From the NCBI RefSeq assembly GCF_018350175.1, contig NC_058368.1:46254001-46318000 (forward strand): DNA of 64,000 nt, in the 5' to 3' direction. Shown here piece after piece: positions 1-12,121 of the stretch; within the stretch, counting starts at the first letter, position 1; each line of letters opens with the position of its first letter. A program made the translations under genes and the position numbers. This stretch comes from Felis catus (Eukaryota). The notes below the pieces were generated by a model. The model worked only from the letters and a program-made list of their open reading frames with translations, was not told the origin of the DNA and ran no database searches.

Positions 1-122
1 TATTGAAGTTATCATTCCTGATAAAGAGGACTGGCTTTGATATTACTCATTGGTTAATATGTGTATGCAATTTTTAAGAGAGCTGCAACAGAAATCTTAT
101 GATTTTAATAAGATTATATGCA

Positions 123-342
123 GGGGCGCCTGGGTGGCGCAGTCGGTTAAGCGTCCGACTTCAGCCAGGTCACGATCTTGCAGTCCGTGAGTTCGAGCCC
201 CGCATCAGGCTCTGGGCTGATGGCTCAGAGCCTGGAGCCTGTTTCCGATTCTGTGTCTCCCTCTCTCTCTGCCCCTCCCCCGTTCATGCTCTGTCTCTCT
301 CTGTCCCAAAAATAAATAAACGTTGAAAAAAAATTAAAAAAA
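123..342 (+). mobile_element. Young feline Can-SINE (SINEC_Fc-type)
   Basis: tRNA-derived head GGGGCGCCTGGGTGGCGCAGTCGGTTAAGCG, B-box GAGTTCGAGCC, (CT)n, AATAAA and A-tail; perfect 16-bp TSD AATAAGATTATATGCA at 107-122 and 343-358. Confidence 0.95.
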
Positions 343-1508
343 AATAAGATTATATGCATATACATGCACATAATTTTGCTGATATCCATAATGCTCTAAA
401 AAATAAGACTTTCTTAAATGTACAATTGCATTAATCTTATATATACAAGGAGATATCTTGCAATAACATATGGTTCGATCCTCAGGATTTAAAATAATAA
501 TTATCATGGTTTTTGGTAAAACAAACATAGGCCAAAATATTCTTCAGGAATGCTTCTTCAAGTTTCTGATTTTTACTTACTGCATATCTGATACTTTACA
601 AAAGTATATTTCCTTTACTCTAAACCGAAAATGGCACATTTGTAGCTGATTAAGTAGCACAATTAATGTCACACAATATCCCCAAAATGATTGAGCTTAA
701 AATGCAAAATAAAAGCAATTGGGAGGATTATAGCAGTTAATCATTTTAGGCTTCCCTTTGAAGAACCATCTTCATTTAAAATAGAAAACAAATATTCTTT
801 TTACTGTTTAGTATTCATGTTGTTAGACTGAGTTTATTGCCTAGAATAGATGTTAGACTATAAATGTTACCTTCAGATTTTGTTCTTTCCTAATAGTGTG
901 GTCTCGGCAATATACATATTTAGCTCTTCTGAGTGTTTAATACAACTCCCTTTAGTATTCTATATATGATTTTGCTCAGCATATTTGTGTTATTAAAATG
1001 TATATAATGGCATACAGAACATTCAGGAAATCCACAGAGGACTAAACAATCTTATTTATTGTTAACATTCAACCAGTCTATTTTGCATGTACCTTGCCGT
1101 ATCTGTCACAAAAAAGAGAAGGAGAAATTTTCAAATTTAAGAACTACCTATTTGATTAACCCATGCTTTTATTCACAGAGTATAGAAATTATAAGCCTTT
1201 CCTGCATGAGATTGGCTTCAAGCATTCAATAAAACACATTTACTATGTCCAAGATTAAATCATACATTGTTTAAAATTAATTATTCCTTTTTAATTGCAT
1301 TGTATAAACAGAAATGACCTGTTAATTTAAAGAAAATCTATCAGCACAAAATGAATTCACTCATATAAACAAGCAAGATGAACTTGACCTTGTTTGAACT
1401 TGTTTTGATGTGGCCCAGATGGTAGGCTACATGCTTGAATAGCAGGCTAAAGCTGAGGAAAAACTCATATAGCAAGATCTAGATTTATAGCCTTTTGCAA
1501 ATTCCTAC

Positions 1509-1577
1509 CTTGTATTGTCCTCTCAGCATCTGTTCTGCTGCCACTGCGGTCAGCCTCTATCTCTGGGGTCAGAGAGT
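1509..1577 (-). CDS. DACH1: DACH1 coding exon (about exon 10), 69 nt; not in the ORF track
   Basis: Read by hand: acceptor ctttctgtgcttttAG|ACTCTC at 1579-1578 and donor ATACAAG|GTAGGA at 1508-1507. Phase 1/1. Encodes (D)SLTPEIEADRSGSRTDAERTIQ, in frame with the preceding exon. Confidence 0.95.
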
Positions 1578-2082
1578 CTAAAAGCACAGAAAGGTAAGAG
1601 TGACACATATTTCATTTGATTCTATTGTCCTTTAAAAAAAGAGCAACCTGTTACTTTGGTGCTGAATTAAAATTACATAAATCTGTGTCATCTTGTAACG
1701 GTTGAACAAAGACCATAACCATAAGAATCATCGAAATATTTGAATAGATAAATAAGTACCGCAAAATTGTTCATAACAGGGGATAGGGAGTGGGAAGTGC
1801 TCAGATTAATATTTTAGCCTATTTCAGTAGAGACAGGTTTGGCTAAACAGAAAAGCAAGGTCAGGTCCCAGATACTGAAGTTAAGTAACAAGACAGTGAA
1901 GGCACCTATGAAATAAAGCATTTCTCCAACACATGTGACTACTTCCCACCAGGCTCTCAGCTACAAGCACAGTTTACGGAAGCACTAGACATAGAAAAAT
2001 ATGAAACCACAAACACAGGTTTAACTTGTCTTTTGAGCACTAAAAATTAAAGTTAGCCATGCATAAAGATGCACCCTCTTAC

Positions 2083-2226
2083 CATTTAAGACCCTGAGAC
2101 TGTCTGTAGAAGCTGCCTGCTTTAGTGTTTGTTCTGCTTGCTCACGCCGTTTGGTCTCAAATTCAAGTGCTTCCTGCAATTTTCTCTTTGCCTTCTTCTC
2201 CTTCTTTAGCCTCTTTTGAACTATGG
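2083..2226 (-). CDS. DACH1: DACH1 coding exon (about exon 9), 144 nt, coiled coil with basic NLS-like KRLKKEKKAKRK
   Basis: Acceptor ctcttttctAG|CCATAG at 2228-2227 and donor AAATG|GTAAGA at 2082-2081. Phase 1/1. Encodes (A)IVQKRLKKEKKAKRKLQEALEFETKRREQAEQTLKQAASTDSLRVLN. Confidence 0.96.
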
Positions 2227-2309
2227 CTAGAAAAGAGTGTATATTATATTTAAAAAAATTTTTTGCAATGTTCAAACTTACAAATGATCTATGTTTTTCA
2301 TCTATGTAT

Positions 2310-2311
<2 letters not shown>

Positions 2312-2340
<29 letters not shown>
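2312..2340. repeat. (CA)n microsatellite
   Basis: About 14 CA units, 85 bp into the intron upstream of the exon 9 acceptor. Confidence 0.95.
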
Positions 2341-2343
<3 letters not shown>

Positions 2344-3405
2344 TTTCCCCCCTGCTGGGCTGAGTCTACTTATGCAGAGAAAGTTCAAAAAATTCCACCT
2401 TGTTCTAAACTAAATCCCAGTGAGTATCCAAGGAGGCCAATTTTTATGTAGCTTTGTACTATTATATTATGAAGATACCTTTATTGTCATCAGTTGGGAC
2501 AGATTTAAGGAGAAATTAATGTTAGTAATTATTTATATACACTGATAAAGGAAGCCTGATTAAATTCTGTGGATTAGTCTCTGCCCTTGAATCAGAATAG
2601 TCAGAGTAGTGAGAATAATGCCAGCCTTTATAAGCATGCCTCCTTTATGAAGCACCATTTTTTGGACAGCAAATGGAGCATTTCCCCTATAGTTGTTTGC
2701 AAAACAGTTAAGAATTTTTCCTTGAAATTTAAAAAAATGCAATAAATATTATTGCTTATAATGAGCTAAATACTCTTAATTATTAACATATAAGCAGTCT
2801 TTTGGGGAGATGAAACTATTATAATTTGCTCAGAGATATCAATAATTTCTTTAAAGCAAATTTATATGCACTATAACATATTTTAAGCAAATTGTATTTT
2901 ATTCTGCCGAAATCTGGTGGAGAATAAAACCTCATTATAATAATAATAATGTGCTACTGCTGACAATAATGTAGTATTTATATAAAAAAGGAGATTACGA
3001 TACAAAAAGTTAATTATGATACATCTTCTCCTACTGGACAATTTAAATATTTGTATATAATATGTAATCAATAAATGGTAACAGATAAACGATGTTCATA
3101 AAGTGTATGTTAACTATACTTTCAGTATGATAATTGTTTCAGTTTTTACAATTTACATAAGGCAGGCAGTCAGCATATGGGGGGCATGCAAATGTTTTTC
3201 TTTAGAATATATATACATATGTATGTATATATATATTTTTTGCTGGTTGATAAACATTGTGGATATGAATATGACAGAATCAGTATGAGAAAATCCTTCT
3301 GGTAGAATTAATCATAAGGAGTAGTCATTCCAAGTTTGCTTTTTGATTTCTTACTGCAGATTAAAGAATAACATTATTATTTAATACAGTATTTAGTGTG
3401 AAAGT

Positions 3406-3632
3406 GGGGTGCCTGGGTGGCACAGTCGGTTGTGTCTGACTTCGGCTCACGTCATGACCTCATGGTTTGTGAGTTCGAGCCCCACTTCGGGCTCTGTACT
3501 GACAGCTTGGAGCCTGCTTCGGATTCTGTGTGTGTGTGTGTGTGTCTCTCTCTGTCTGACACTCCCCTGCTAGCACTCTGTCTCTGTCTCTGTCTCAAAA
3601 ATAAATAAACATTAAAAAAATAATTTAAAAAA
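3406..3632 (+). mobile_element. Can-SINE with internal (TG)n
   Basis: GGGGTGCCTGGGTGG head, B-box, (TG)n(CT)n and A-rich tail; TSD-like TAGTGTGAAA on both sides. Confidence 0.92.
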
Positions 3633-3966
3633 TAGTGTGAAAACCATATTAACAAAATCATTTGCCTACTATGTCCCTTTCCGAAGATGACTGGTTTTTT
3701 TTGAAAAGAAACAGTAATTTCTGAATTATTTATTTAGATTGTATATTTCCATGGCACTAAAAGCTCAATACCCAGTGCCTTGCCATTGACTGCTTACTGT
3801 TTTCTCCTGTGATTGAACCAAACGATATCGCCATGTTCTCTCTTCAGCGTAGTACACTGCTTCAACAGATACATTTACAATAGATAAATATTGATAGATA
3901 TTACCTTTAATTTATTGTTCACAATTAATTAAATGGGAGGTTCATGAGGTGATCTGTGAAATGTTT

Positions 3967-3979
3967 TGCCCTCTAGTGG
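3967..3979 (-). promoter_or_regulatory. Candidate CTCF site
   Basis: Minus strand reads CCACTAGAGGGCA, matching the first 13 positions of the core consensus CCASYAGRKGGCRS; lies in non-repetitive sequence. Confidence 0.55.
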
Positions 3980-4097
3980 TTAAAGAAAAAAATCAAGATA
4001 AAGCCTCCAACAGATTTGAACCAAAAAAATTCTGAGGTTCTCTCAAGTAACCAAAAGATTACTGTAGGAATTCAAGGATCTACCTTTAAGTCTTGTC

Positions 4098-4160
4098 AAA
4101 AAAAAAAAAAAAAAAAAAAGAAGAACAAGAAGAAGAAGAAGAAAGAAAAAAAGAAAAAAA
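4098..4160. repeat. Poly(A)/(AAG)n low-complexity tract
   Basis: A22 followed by AAG-type units. Confidence 0.9.
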
Positions 4161-5274
4161 TTCTCCAAGTGAGAAAAAAATCAAGACATGGTTATCTCAT
4201 GGAAGATTAACTCTTTGACCAATCTTCATTATTCACATAGAACACATCCCATTATCAATGTTTATCATGTCCTGATTACTTTAGTACCTAAATCTATATG
4301 AAACCACATTATCTAGAAATGTGCTGTACATGTGCATTGATGGCTTCCCAAATCAGCCTCATCCCAGGAACCCACTAGATATTGCTTCATAGTAATAAAT
4401 GAAAACAACCTACTAAGTCCTGCTGGTTTGAAAGACAAAACAGAAACAATGATTTTCAAATAACGGTGTCAAACATATAGAAGGAGAATACATGGAATAT
4501 TTATATTGGATACTTATTAACTGAGAGAAAAGTTGCTCTCCCTCTGGTGTAGTTAAGATAATGTTATAGTTGAGGCAAAGGGAAAGTTGGTTATAAAAAA
4601 ATATTCTTAATCTCACAAATAATATAAACACCCACATATGAGTGACCTTCAAAATTATCTGTACATGTGCTGTAAAGTGTGTTAGAAGAAGGAATTCATA
4701 AACTGATAATATTATTATTTTTACCCAATAAAAATTCATATTGGTTTATACATTAATGTGTATGTGACCTTGTTGGATGAAAACGAGCCATTCAGAGAGA
4801 AAATTATACAAACACTCAACTTTGGTCATTTGTTCAGATATTCATCAGTCTTCAATTTCAGTTGATAAATATCTTACTAAATCTTCTTCACTTGAATACT
4901 CAGTATTTCCTATTTTAGCTTTGTGACTTAACTCTTAAGTTTTCAAACGGCAATGGTAAATAAATACAAAATTTTTCTTCATGGCTGTCATCAGAGCTCA
5001 TTCTTATCTTACTTGTTAAGCTCTATGAGCAATAAAAATTATGTGATTAATGATAAAATATATTTCAATTCCCTGAGGTATGAACAGAAGAGAAACCGTG
5101 TACTCTGGGGAAGAAAAAAAATACAATGAGTCTAGGATTCAAATCCTGCTGTGAACTTCAGCGATAGTAAATTAACAAAAAAGCTATATCGTCTCACAGT
5201 AAATCACAAACATAAGTTTGTTCTGTTAAATATTGTATATAAAGTATTAGACTTATTTGGAAGTTTAAAAATAC

Positions 5275-5422
5275 CTCTATTCTTTTGTTCCATAGCCAAC
5301 TGCTTCTCAAGTGTTTCCCTTAATTCTCTTTCCCTTAAAAAATCCATCTTCAGCTCCGTTTTTTCCAGTTGGACTTGTTTTTCTTGAGCTCTGGCATTAT
5401 CTATGGCAACTTTCAAGAGCCC
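5275..5422 (-). CDS. DACH1: DACH1 coding exon (about exon 8), 148 nt, DD2 coiled coil
   Basis: Acceptor ttctttgtacAG|GGGCTC at 5424-5423 and donor AATAGAG|GTATTT at 5274-5273. Phase 0 in, phase 1 out. Encodes GLLKVAIDNARAQEKQVQLEKTELKMDFLRERELRETLEKQLAMEQKNR. Confidence 0.96.
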
Positions 5423-5739
5423 CTGTACAAAGAAGGCATTCAGAATTGTAATATTTTGGTGCATAGCACATTTCATTCATTACTAAAAGCATCTTTAAAA
5501 AAGAACCAGCTTATCAAATTCTTTCATTCTTGTACATTCACTCTGCATTCTCTAGGACAAGTACTGTAACTAAAGCACAAAACTTCTAAAACTAATTAAA
5601 TTGTATTAGGAAGACAAATGTTTTTGCTATGCAGGTTCAATTGCTTCTAATTAGAATATCCAGATCTAAAGCTAAATGCGGGCATTTAAGCATGCTAAAA
5701 AATAAGAACTGAGAAATGATGATCCAACGTGGTTTACAC

Positions 5740-6200
5740 AGTCCCAAGTGATCCTAGCAGTGCCCACCTATCTCTTGGAGCTCCTTCTCCACCATTCCCT
5801 ATTGAGATTATACTGGACACAATGCTTCCCTTTGGTTTCTGCACCAGGGATTTGCTCTATCTGTTCTCTTCCTGAATGCTTTTCCTCCCACTTTTTGCAT
5901 GGCTTATGCCCTCACTTCATCTCACCCCTGTGTAGTTGCCAGTCAAGAAAGGCCTTTCCTCATCACCCTATCTGGATTGGCCTTCCAACCCATCTCGTTA
6001 TTCTCTCCTTAGAACTCTTCATATCATTTATTATTATGTAATATTGTCATGTATGTATTCGTTTACTGCTTTATGCCGTGTCTCTTCCACTAACATGTAA
6101 ACTCTCTGAAGCAGGGACATTTTCTTTCACTTAGTACTATGTTCCTAGGGCCCAGAGAGTGCCTACTATATAGGAGATTCCAAAAATTTGATGAATAGAA
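5740..6200 (+). mobile_element. LINE-2 3' end fragment
   Basis: L2-like tail: ...taacatgtaaactctctgaagcagggac...cccagagagtgcctactatataggagattccaaaaatttgatgaat. Confidence 0.75.
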
Positions 6201-7803
6201 ATTATAATACTAGTATATTTTTCTTGACATAAAATACATGCAAGGGATCCAAAACCCAGTGTTTAATAGTGCATTGTTTTTAAAAAGTCATTTAAAATGG
6301 TTATAATAAATTGAGAATAACTTTTAGGGGACTATTTGACAGTATAACTCAAGAGTATACGGTAAAGTATTTATACAACTGAAAATGGAATCTCATATAT
6401 ACATATACGCATATACATAAGAGATATATAAGTTGATTAACTCTTTGATAATTAAAAATTTAGTCATATTCTGAGATTCTTGAAAATGAGATTATGAAAA
6501 CATATTAAAAAGTATTCTGCATGTGTTCTCTCCCAATATCCTTTAGAAAATTATTAGTAAACATTAGAGCTAAAATTTCTATGCTTATCACCTAGGCAAT
6601 ACAAAAATGCCTTTTTGAAGTAGAAGATATTTTTGTCTTGGTCTGTGAACACCAGCGACTAAAATTTTCAACTGAAATTATAAATGAAATAGAAGTTGGT
6701 TCTATTTTGTACATCTGATCTAGGATATGACCCCCTCTTGCAAGAGACAACATAAGCAGTCTGAATCTGGAATTTCAACTCTGGTTTGACTTGTTAGCCC
6801 AATAGATTAGCTCATCAACCTTCAGATCAGCTCACCAACATAGCATTATCATAAGCCATTTCATTCTCATTTCAAGCACATATAAATTATTTCATGTCCG
6901 TTATACCTGATCCTGAATTTCCTGGTATAATTCTTGTGACATGAAACAAGCTGGAGGGTTTCTACATGGCTGTGTGCCCCTCCCTACTCTTTTGTTTTTA
7001 ACAATAAAACATAGCTGCTAAGGAAACTGCCATCTTAACTCAATTCAGCAACATTCCTGTGTATGTTTCTTCTTCATCAGGAACAAACAATTAGTAACAA
7101 ATGAAAGAGATCATTACATCAAGTGCCCTTTTAGATCACCCCAATTAAAACTTTAGTTTAGCTGTATTTTAATTCTAAGATACCAAATTCTAATTTTCTG
7201 CTCTGATTGCTCTTGTTGACTTATCTTTGAAAGATGTACTCTCTGTGCAATGTCTAGAGATTATTTAGCAAGATGCCAATGTTGGCACCACTTAATGTGT
7301 TGATTGGTTGTATTATCAGTAGCTGTTTAAAATAAATTACTATTAAACTATTATTGTCCTTGGCTGACAAAACACAATATTTTGGTGTTCTTTAAATATG
7401 AAACAATCATTATGAATAAACATGTTGAATAATCTTAAACTGTAACTCTAATTTGTGTAATTTTATATTAATATTTGTTGTAATGTATGAAGTTGCTAAG
7501 AGCATTTATGTTTACTGCTTTCTTTTGTTACAGTTGCCGCTAATGTCCCTAATGGTAATACATTACCTATTCCTGCTGATTATGTCTGAAAAATACTAGC
7601 TTTAAGATCCAATACCCTCCAGGGACTACTTACAAGCTATATAAAATTAAGTTTCATTTTTAGACTTTAAATCAGTGCGTATCAGTAGGAGTCCAGTGTG
7701 AACAAAAATCTGCGCTAGAGCCAAACTGGTACATATGCAAAAATATGTTATTGCTTGTGACAGCTTTGCTGCAAAAAATACAGAAAACCGATTAAATTTC
7801 AGT

Positions 7804-7817
7804 GCAGCAGGGGGCTG
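7804..7817 (+). promoter_or_regulatory. Candidate CTCF site
   Basis: GCAGCAGGGGGCTG matches CCASYAGRKGGCRS at 12 of 14 positions, inside a repeat-free motif-rich block. Confidence 0.4.
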
Positions 7818-8979
7818 GGAAAGCAATAGCAAGTAGTGTTCACAACATCTACAAATCATTAGGACACCATTTTAACCATCAGTGATAATAGTACTTTCAG
7901 ATTTGTGTAACTTCTGTAAATTTTCCAGGTAGATCATATGCAAAGGTCACACTAAATGCTGAGTCTCACGTGGACATGCAGTATTGAGCAAAATTCTGTG
8001 ATGACAATTCTGTGATGATGAATTACAGCAAAACACACAAGGTTTAAAACATGAATTTTTCTCCAGGAGGAGGTCAGTTATGATGTTGGACAATGACAAT
8101 TCTAAAGAAACGCATTTCAAGTTTACTCTATGGCACAGCAATTATAAGAGACAATGGTTGTTTGGCCTCAAATTTCTTTCTCATGAGGCATGGCTGTTGT
8201 CATATACATACATATTTTCTCTTCTAGAATGATCTATCTTGTGAATTCGATTATTTTAAGCATTTTCCAGAGAATGAGTCTTATATATTCCTTTTCAGAA
8301 GGGCATTGTAATTGATCTAGCATTTTTTCAACTATTTTTATAACCTAAAAGTACAAATATCTGCTTGTGTAAGAGAACCTACAGTAATACTGATAGGAAG
8401 GAAACATTTCTTAATCTACTATTTAGATCCTAGAGAAAAGCTTCCTTCACCATGTTTGTTTTGTATACAAAAATTGTTTCAGAATCAGATGGTATCAGAA
8501 TCAAAGTTCTTTGAGTGTCACTGGAATTAATGTGACAAAATTCCGCTCAATAATGAGAGTAAACATCCTAGTTGAAGGGGATTTTAGTGATTGCCCATTC
8601 TAATTAAAGCTTTTTGAAGTTGAAAAAAAAAACAAGGTCCAGATAAAACAGATGATTTGTCTAAAATCCCAAACTAGTAAATTGACTATGCTTAGATCAG
8701 AACTCTCAAGCTTATTTAAACCTTTTTTTTTTTCCTTTTAGTGTTTCTTTCCAGGATGAGAAAGAGGAGTATCCTTAGAAACCAGGAAATTTTGTACACA
8801 AACAAATATATAAAATAACAGTGTCAACCAATACATTTTGACAGAAGCTCTTATAACAAGAGATATAACTATACTTAGTTTAACATGGTTACTGTTCTCC
8901 AAAGTCAGTCAATAACAGACACGCCCTCAAAAGCACTTCCAGGTATAAAACCCATCTTGTGATTATTTGATCATGTATG

Positions 8980-9177
8980 GCAATGTGGCAACATGGGCTC
9001 TGTTATTATCCTACCTATGTTTAAATCCAGACTCCATCACTAGTGTATGGCCTTGATCAAAAAACTTGTCTGCCTCCATTTACTCATCAGTAACATGGAG
9101 CTACTAATGAGACCCACTGTGTGGGATTATAAAGATGATTCAATGTAATATCATATAGAGTTCGCATAGTGATGAAC
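8980..9177 (+). mobile_element. MIR fragment, interrupted by the LTR (continues at about 10087-10140)
   Basis: MIR core-like tgcctccatttactcatcagtaacatggag...; the MIR 3' part resumes after the LTR. Confidence 0.6.
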
Positions 9178-10086
9178 TGTGGACATGGTGATTTATAGTA
9201 AGAAAGATATATTTGGTCTTCATCTCAATCCTGGCACAGAGGTCCTACAATGGGTGGAATTTCCTAAGTGAAAAGAGCAAAAAGGTGAAAAGGGTGTGTT
9301 TTGTTATTCACAATAAGCCCTTCTCAACTACACCAGAGTTCATTTTAACCAGGTGACTTTTGGAAAGCCCTAAGGATTTAGGCTGGTTGACAGGGGAACT
9401 AACTCTGTGATTAGAGGGATGGAACTTTCAGCCACACCCCCCTGATCTGTGGGAGGACAGAAGGGCTATAAGTTGAATTAATCGAGAATGTGGGTGATTT
9501 AATCAATCACACCAATATAATGGAAACTCTATGAAAACTCAAAAGAGTTCAAAAAGTGCTCAAAGAGCTTCTAGGTTGGTCAACATCTGGAGGTACTGGG
9601 GAGGTGGTGTGCTCAGAGAAGGCATGAGAGCTCGGCACCCCTTCCCACATACCATGCCTTATGGTCTTCCATCTGACTGTACCTGAGTTATGTCCCTTGA
9701 TAGAAAACTGGTAATCTAGTAAGGAAGATGTTTTCCTGAGATCTGTGAACCGCTCTAGCTAATTAATTGAAACCAAGATGGGGGTGATGGGAACCTCTGA
9801 TCGTAGCTGCTTGGTCAGTAGCATGGGATATAACCTGGGCTTGCAATTTTCATCTGGCATTTGGGGAGGGGGCAATCTTGTGGAAGTGAACTCTTAACCT
9901 GTGGGATGTGATGCTATCCCAGGTAGATAATTGAGTTAAATTGTAGGGTCTCCAGCCAGTGCTGCAGAATTGCTTGATGTGGAAAAACCTATCCGACTTT
10001 TGGTGAGCAAGTGTCGGAGGTGAAGTGATGTTGTAGTAGGATATTGAGAGCAGAAGACAAACACAGGAGTATTTTTTTTCTATATA
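9178..10086 (+). mobile_element. MER21-family-like solo LTR (carnivore ERV)
   Basis: Starts TGT; contains MER21-like blocks tgattagagggatggaactttcagccacaccccc, gatttaatcaatca and ggcatgagagctcggcaccccttcccacatacc. About 900 bp, no internal ORFs. Confidence 0.75.
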
Positions 10087-12089
10087 ATGACACATTAAGA
10101 TTGTTCAATAACTGTTAGTTTTTACTAGTATCATTATTATTATTGTGGTGGTGGTACACAATATAAATTAGTAAGTACAGTATATAGTCCAGACCTTTAA
10201 GAGATAATGCTATTCTCTTGAGCACCGTAAACTGTGCTTAGAATACTGGATATATTTCACTGGTTTTTTTTTTTTGTTTGTTTGGTTTGGTTTTGTTTTA
10301 ATGAGCTCTCTCCACGAATTGGTAATGAGAACAAAAAGAAAACTTCTATAAACATAATTAAACATAAAAAGATATAATGTAACACCAATATATCTGATCT
10401 TAGTCTACCCGTGTTTTGAAGCCAATGTCCTATTTTGTGTATCTTTTTGAAAGTTTCCTCCTAATTATTTTTATCTGTTATAATTAAAATGACATATTAA
10501 AATGCAAATAAAAACTATTAACTTTTTAAAATGTATAAAATATAATAGGATTGGCTGTGGCATTGAAATGTAAAGACTAGAAGATACATTATCAGTGTTT
10601 TGGCCTTAGTAGTAAGTCAGATTCTTCTTCCTCTTCTTTTGTCAAACACAAATTAGAGAATACTTTTTAAGTACCATAGTTGGATTATTTTATTTATTAG
10701 GCCATAGTGATGCAATCTGGGACTGCCATTTATTGTGGTTTTAACAACCCTTTTAGCTCTTCTTTGTTTATATTAATTCCTCCATATAGGCAAATCATAG
10801 TGAATCAAACTCCTATCACATATCGCCTTATGGCATCTATCTTCAATGCTATCCTTTCCCCTAACTAAATATCATATTCTCTACCTTATTTTACCTTTGT
10901 TTTTAATTTACCTATTCTTATTTTAATATTTGTAAGTCATCTTAAGTTATTCTTATAATAAGATAAACAATGTAAATTATTTGTTCCCAATCCTCTGTAC
11001 AAATAGGTTGTAGCTATGCTTTACAGCATGAAAGCTTGGATTGAGAATAATGAGTAAAATTCTCCTTTAAGTGTGTTAATTGGGTAGCCCACGTTCGAAG
11101 GTGTCACATTCAGTAAATTGACACTAAAATTCTATTTCCTCACTTAAATTCTCACAGGGAGTTCTCCATGGACATGTTTGAATAAGGAAGCCATAATAAA
11201 AGATTGCCACATAGAGAAAGACAAAATCCACATAAAATAATTTTTTATAAAAGCAAAATCTGGAATGAATCCGTATCACTCAAGTGAAATTACTATCCTT
11301 TATGGAAGATATACATATTTAGTATATAGAGTATATTTAAAAATACTAGTGTATAGTATTTTTCTACAGGTCCTCTTTTAAAGCAAAAAAGAAAAAACAT
11401 TTATGAAAATTCAATTTGGATATGTTATGTAATGGACATCTGTACTAACCATTACAAATCTGAAAATTGAGACTTATCAAATATAGAATATCATGACATG
11501 AAATTATTTAATATTAGAAAACAAAATCTTAAACACATTATTTTGAAGGGTTTTTGGTTATTAATCGTAAGAAAAAGACTTCTATACATTAAATTTAAAT
11601 ACAACCCAATGTCTTAAGTTTAATTAAAATAGTAAATATACATAATAAAGCTTTAATTTCACACATGGGATTGTATGATTTGAAACATGTAAACATTTTT
11701 AACTCAATTTTTTCCATTGCCATCCTGATAAAATATCTCCAAAAGAAATATGGAGCTTTAAACTTACCACACAAAAAGTATGTTACCATTTTGAAATAGA
11801 AAGCAGAGAACCCCATTATATATAATTGAAATTGCGGAGGAAATTGAGGTAGGCAGAATGTAATTACCCAAATTAGAATTTGGACAGCAAACACATTTAT
11901 ACTGTATGCCCAATAAGCCAGGGTCATGACTGCTTAAACATTCTATACCATTCCTAGGATATTACTATAACTCAATAAATGTGGCAATAATAAAGGAACT
12001 AGCATTCACAACCTTTTGCAAAATGATGTGAAACCATTATTGAACATAAATCCAGTATATATGTGTGTGTATGCATGTGTACATGTCTT

Positions 12090-12121
<32 letters not shown>

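Noticed and set aside
99..326. Recurring short ORFs (MAQSVKR..., GAPGWRSRLS...) here and at 22115, 28709, 29069, 30198, 43737 and others
   Set aside because: All are translations of Can-SINE copies, not a gene family.
2021..2341. Full ORF-track coordinates (2021..2341, 5204..5476, 14002..14223) as standalone genes
   Set aside because: Only the internal, splice-site-bounded parts match DACH1; the flanks are intronic read-through.
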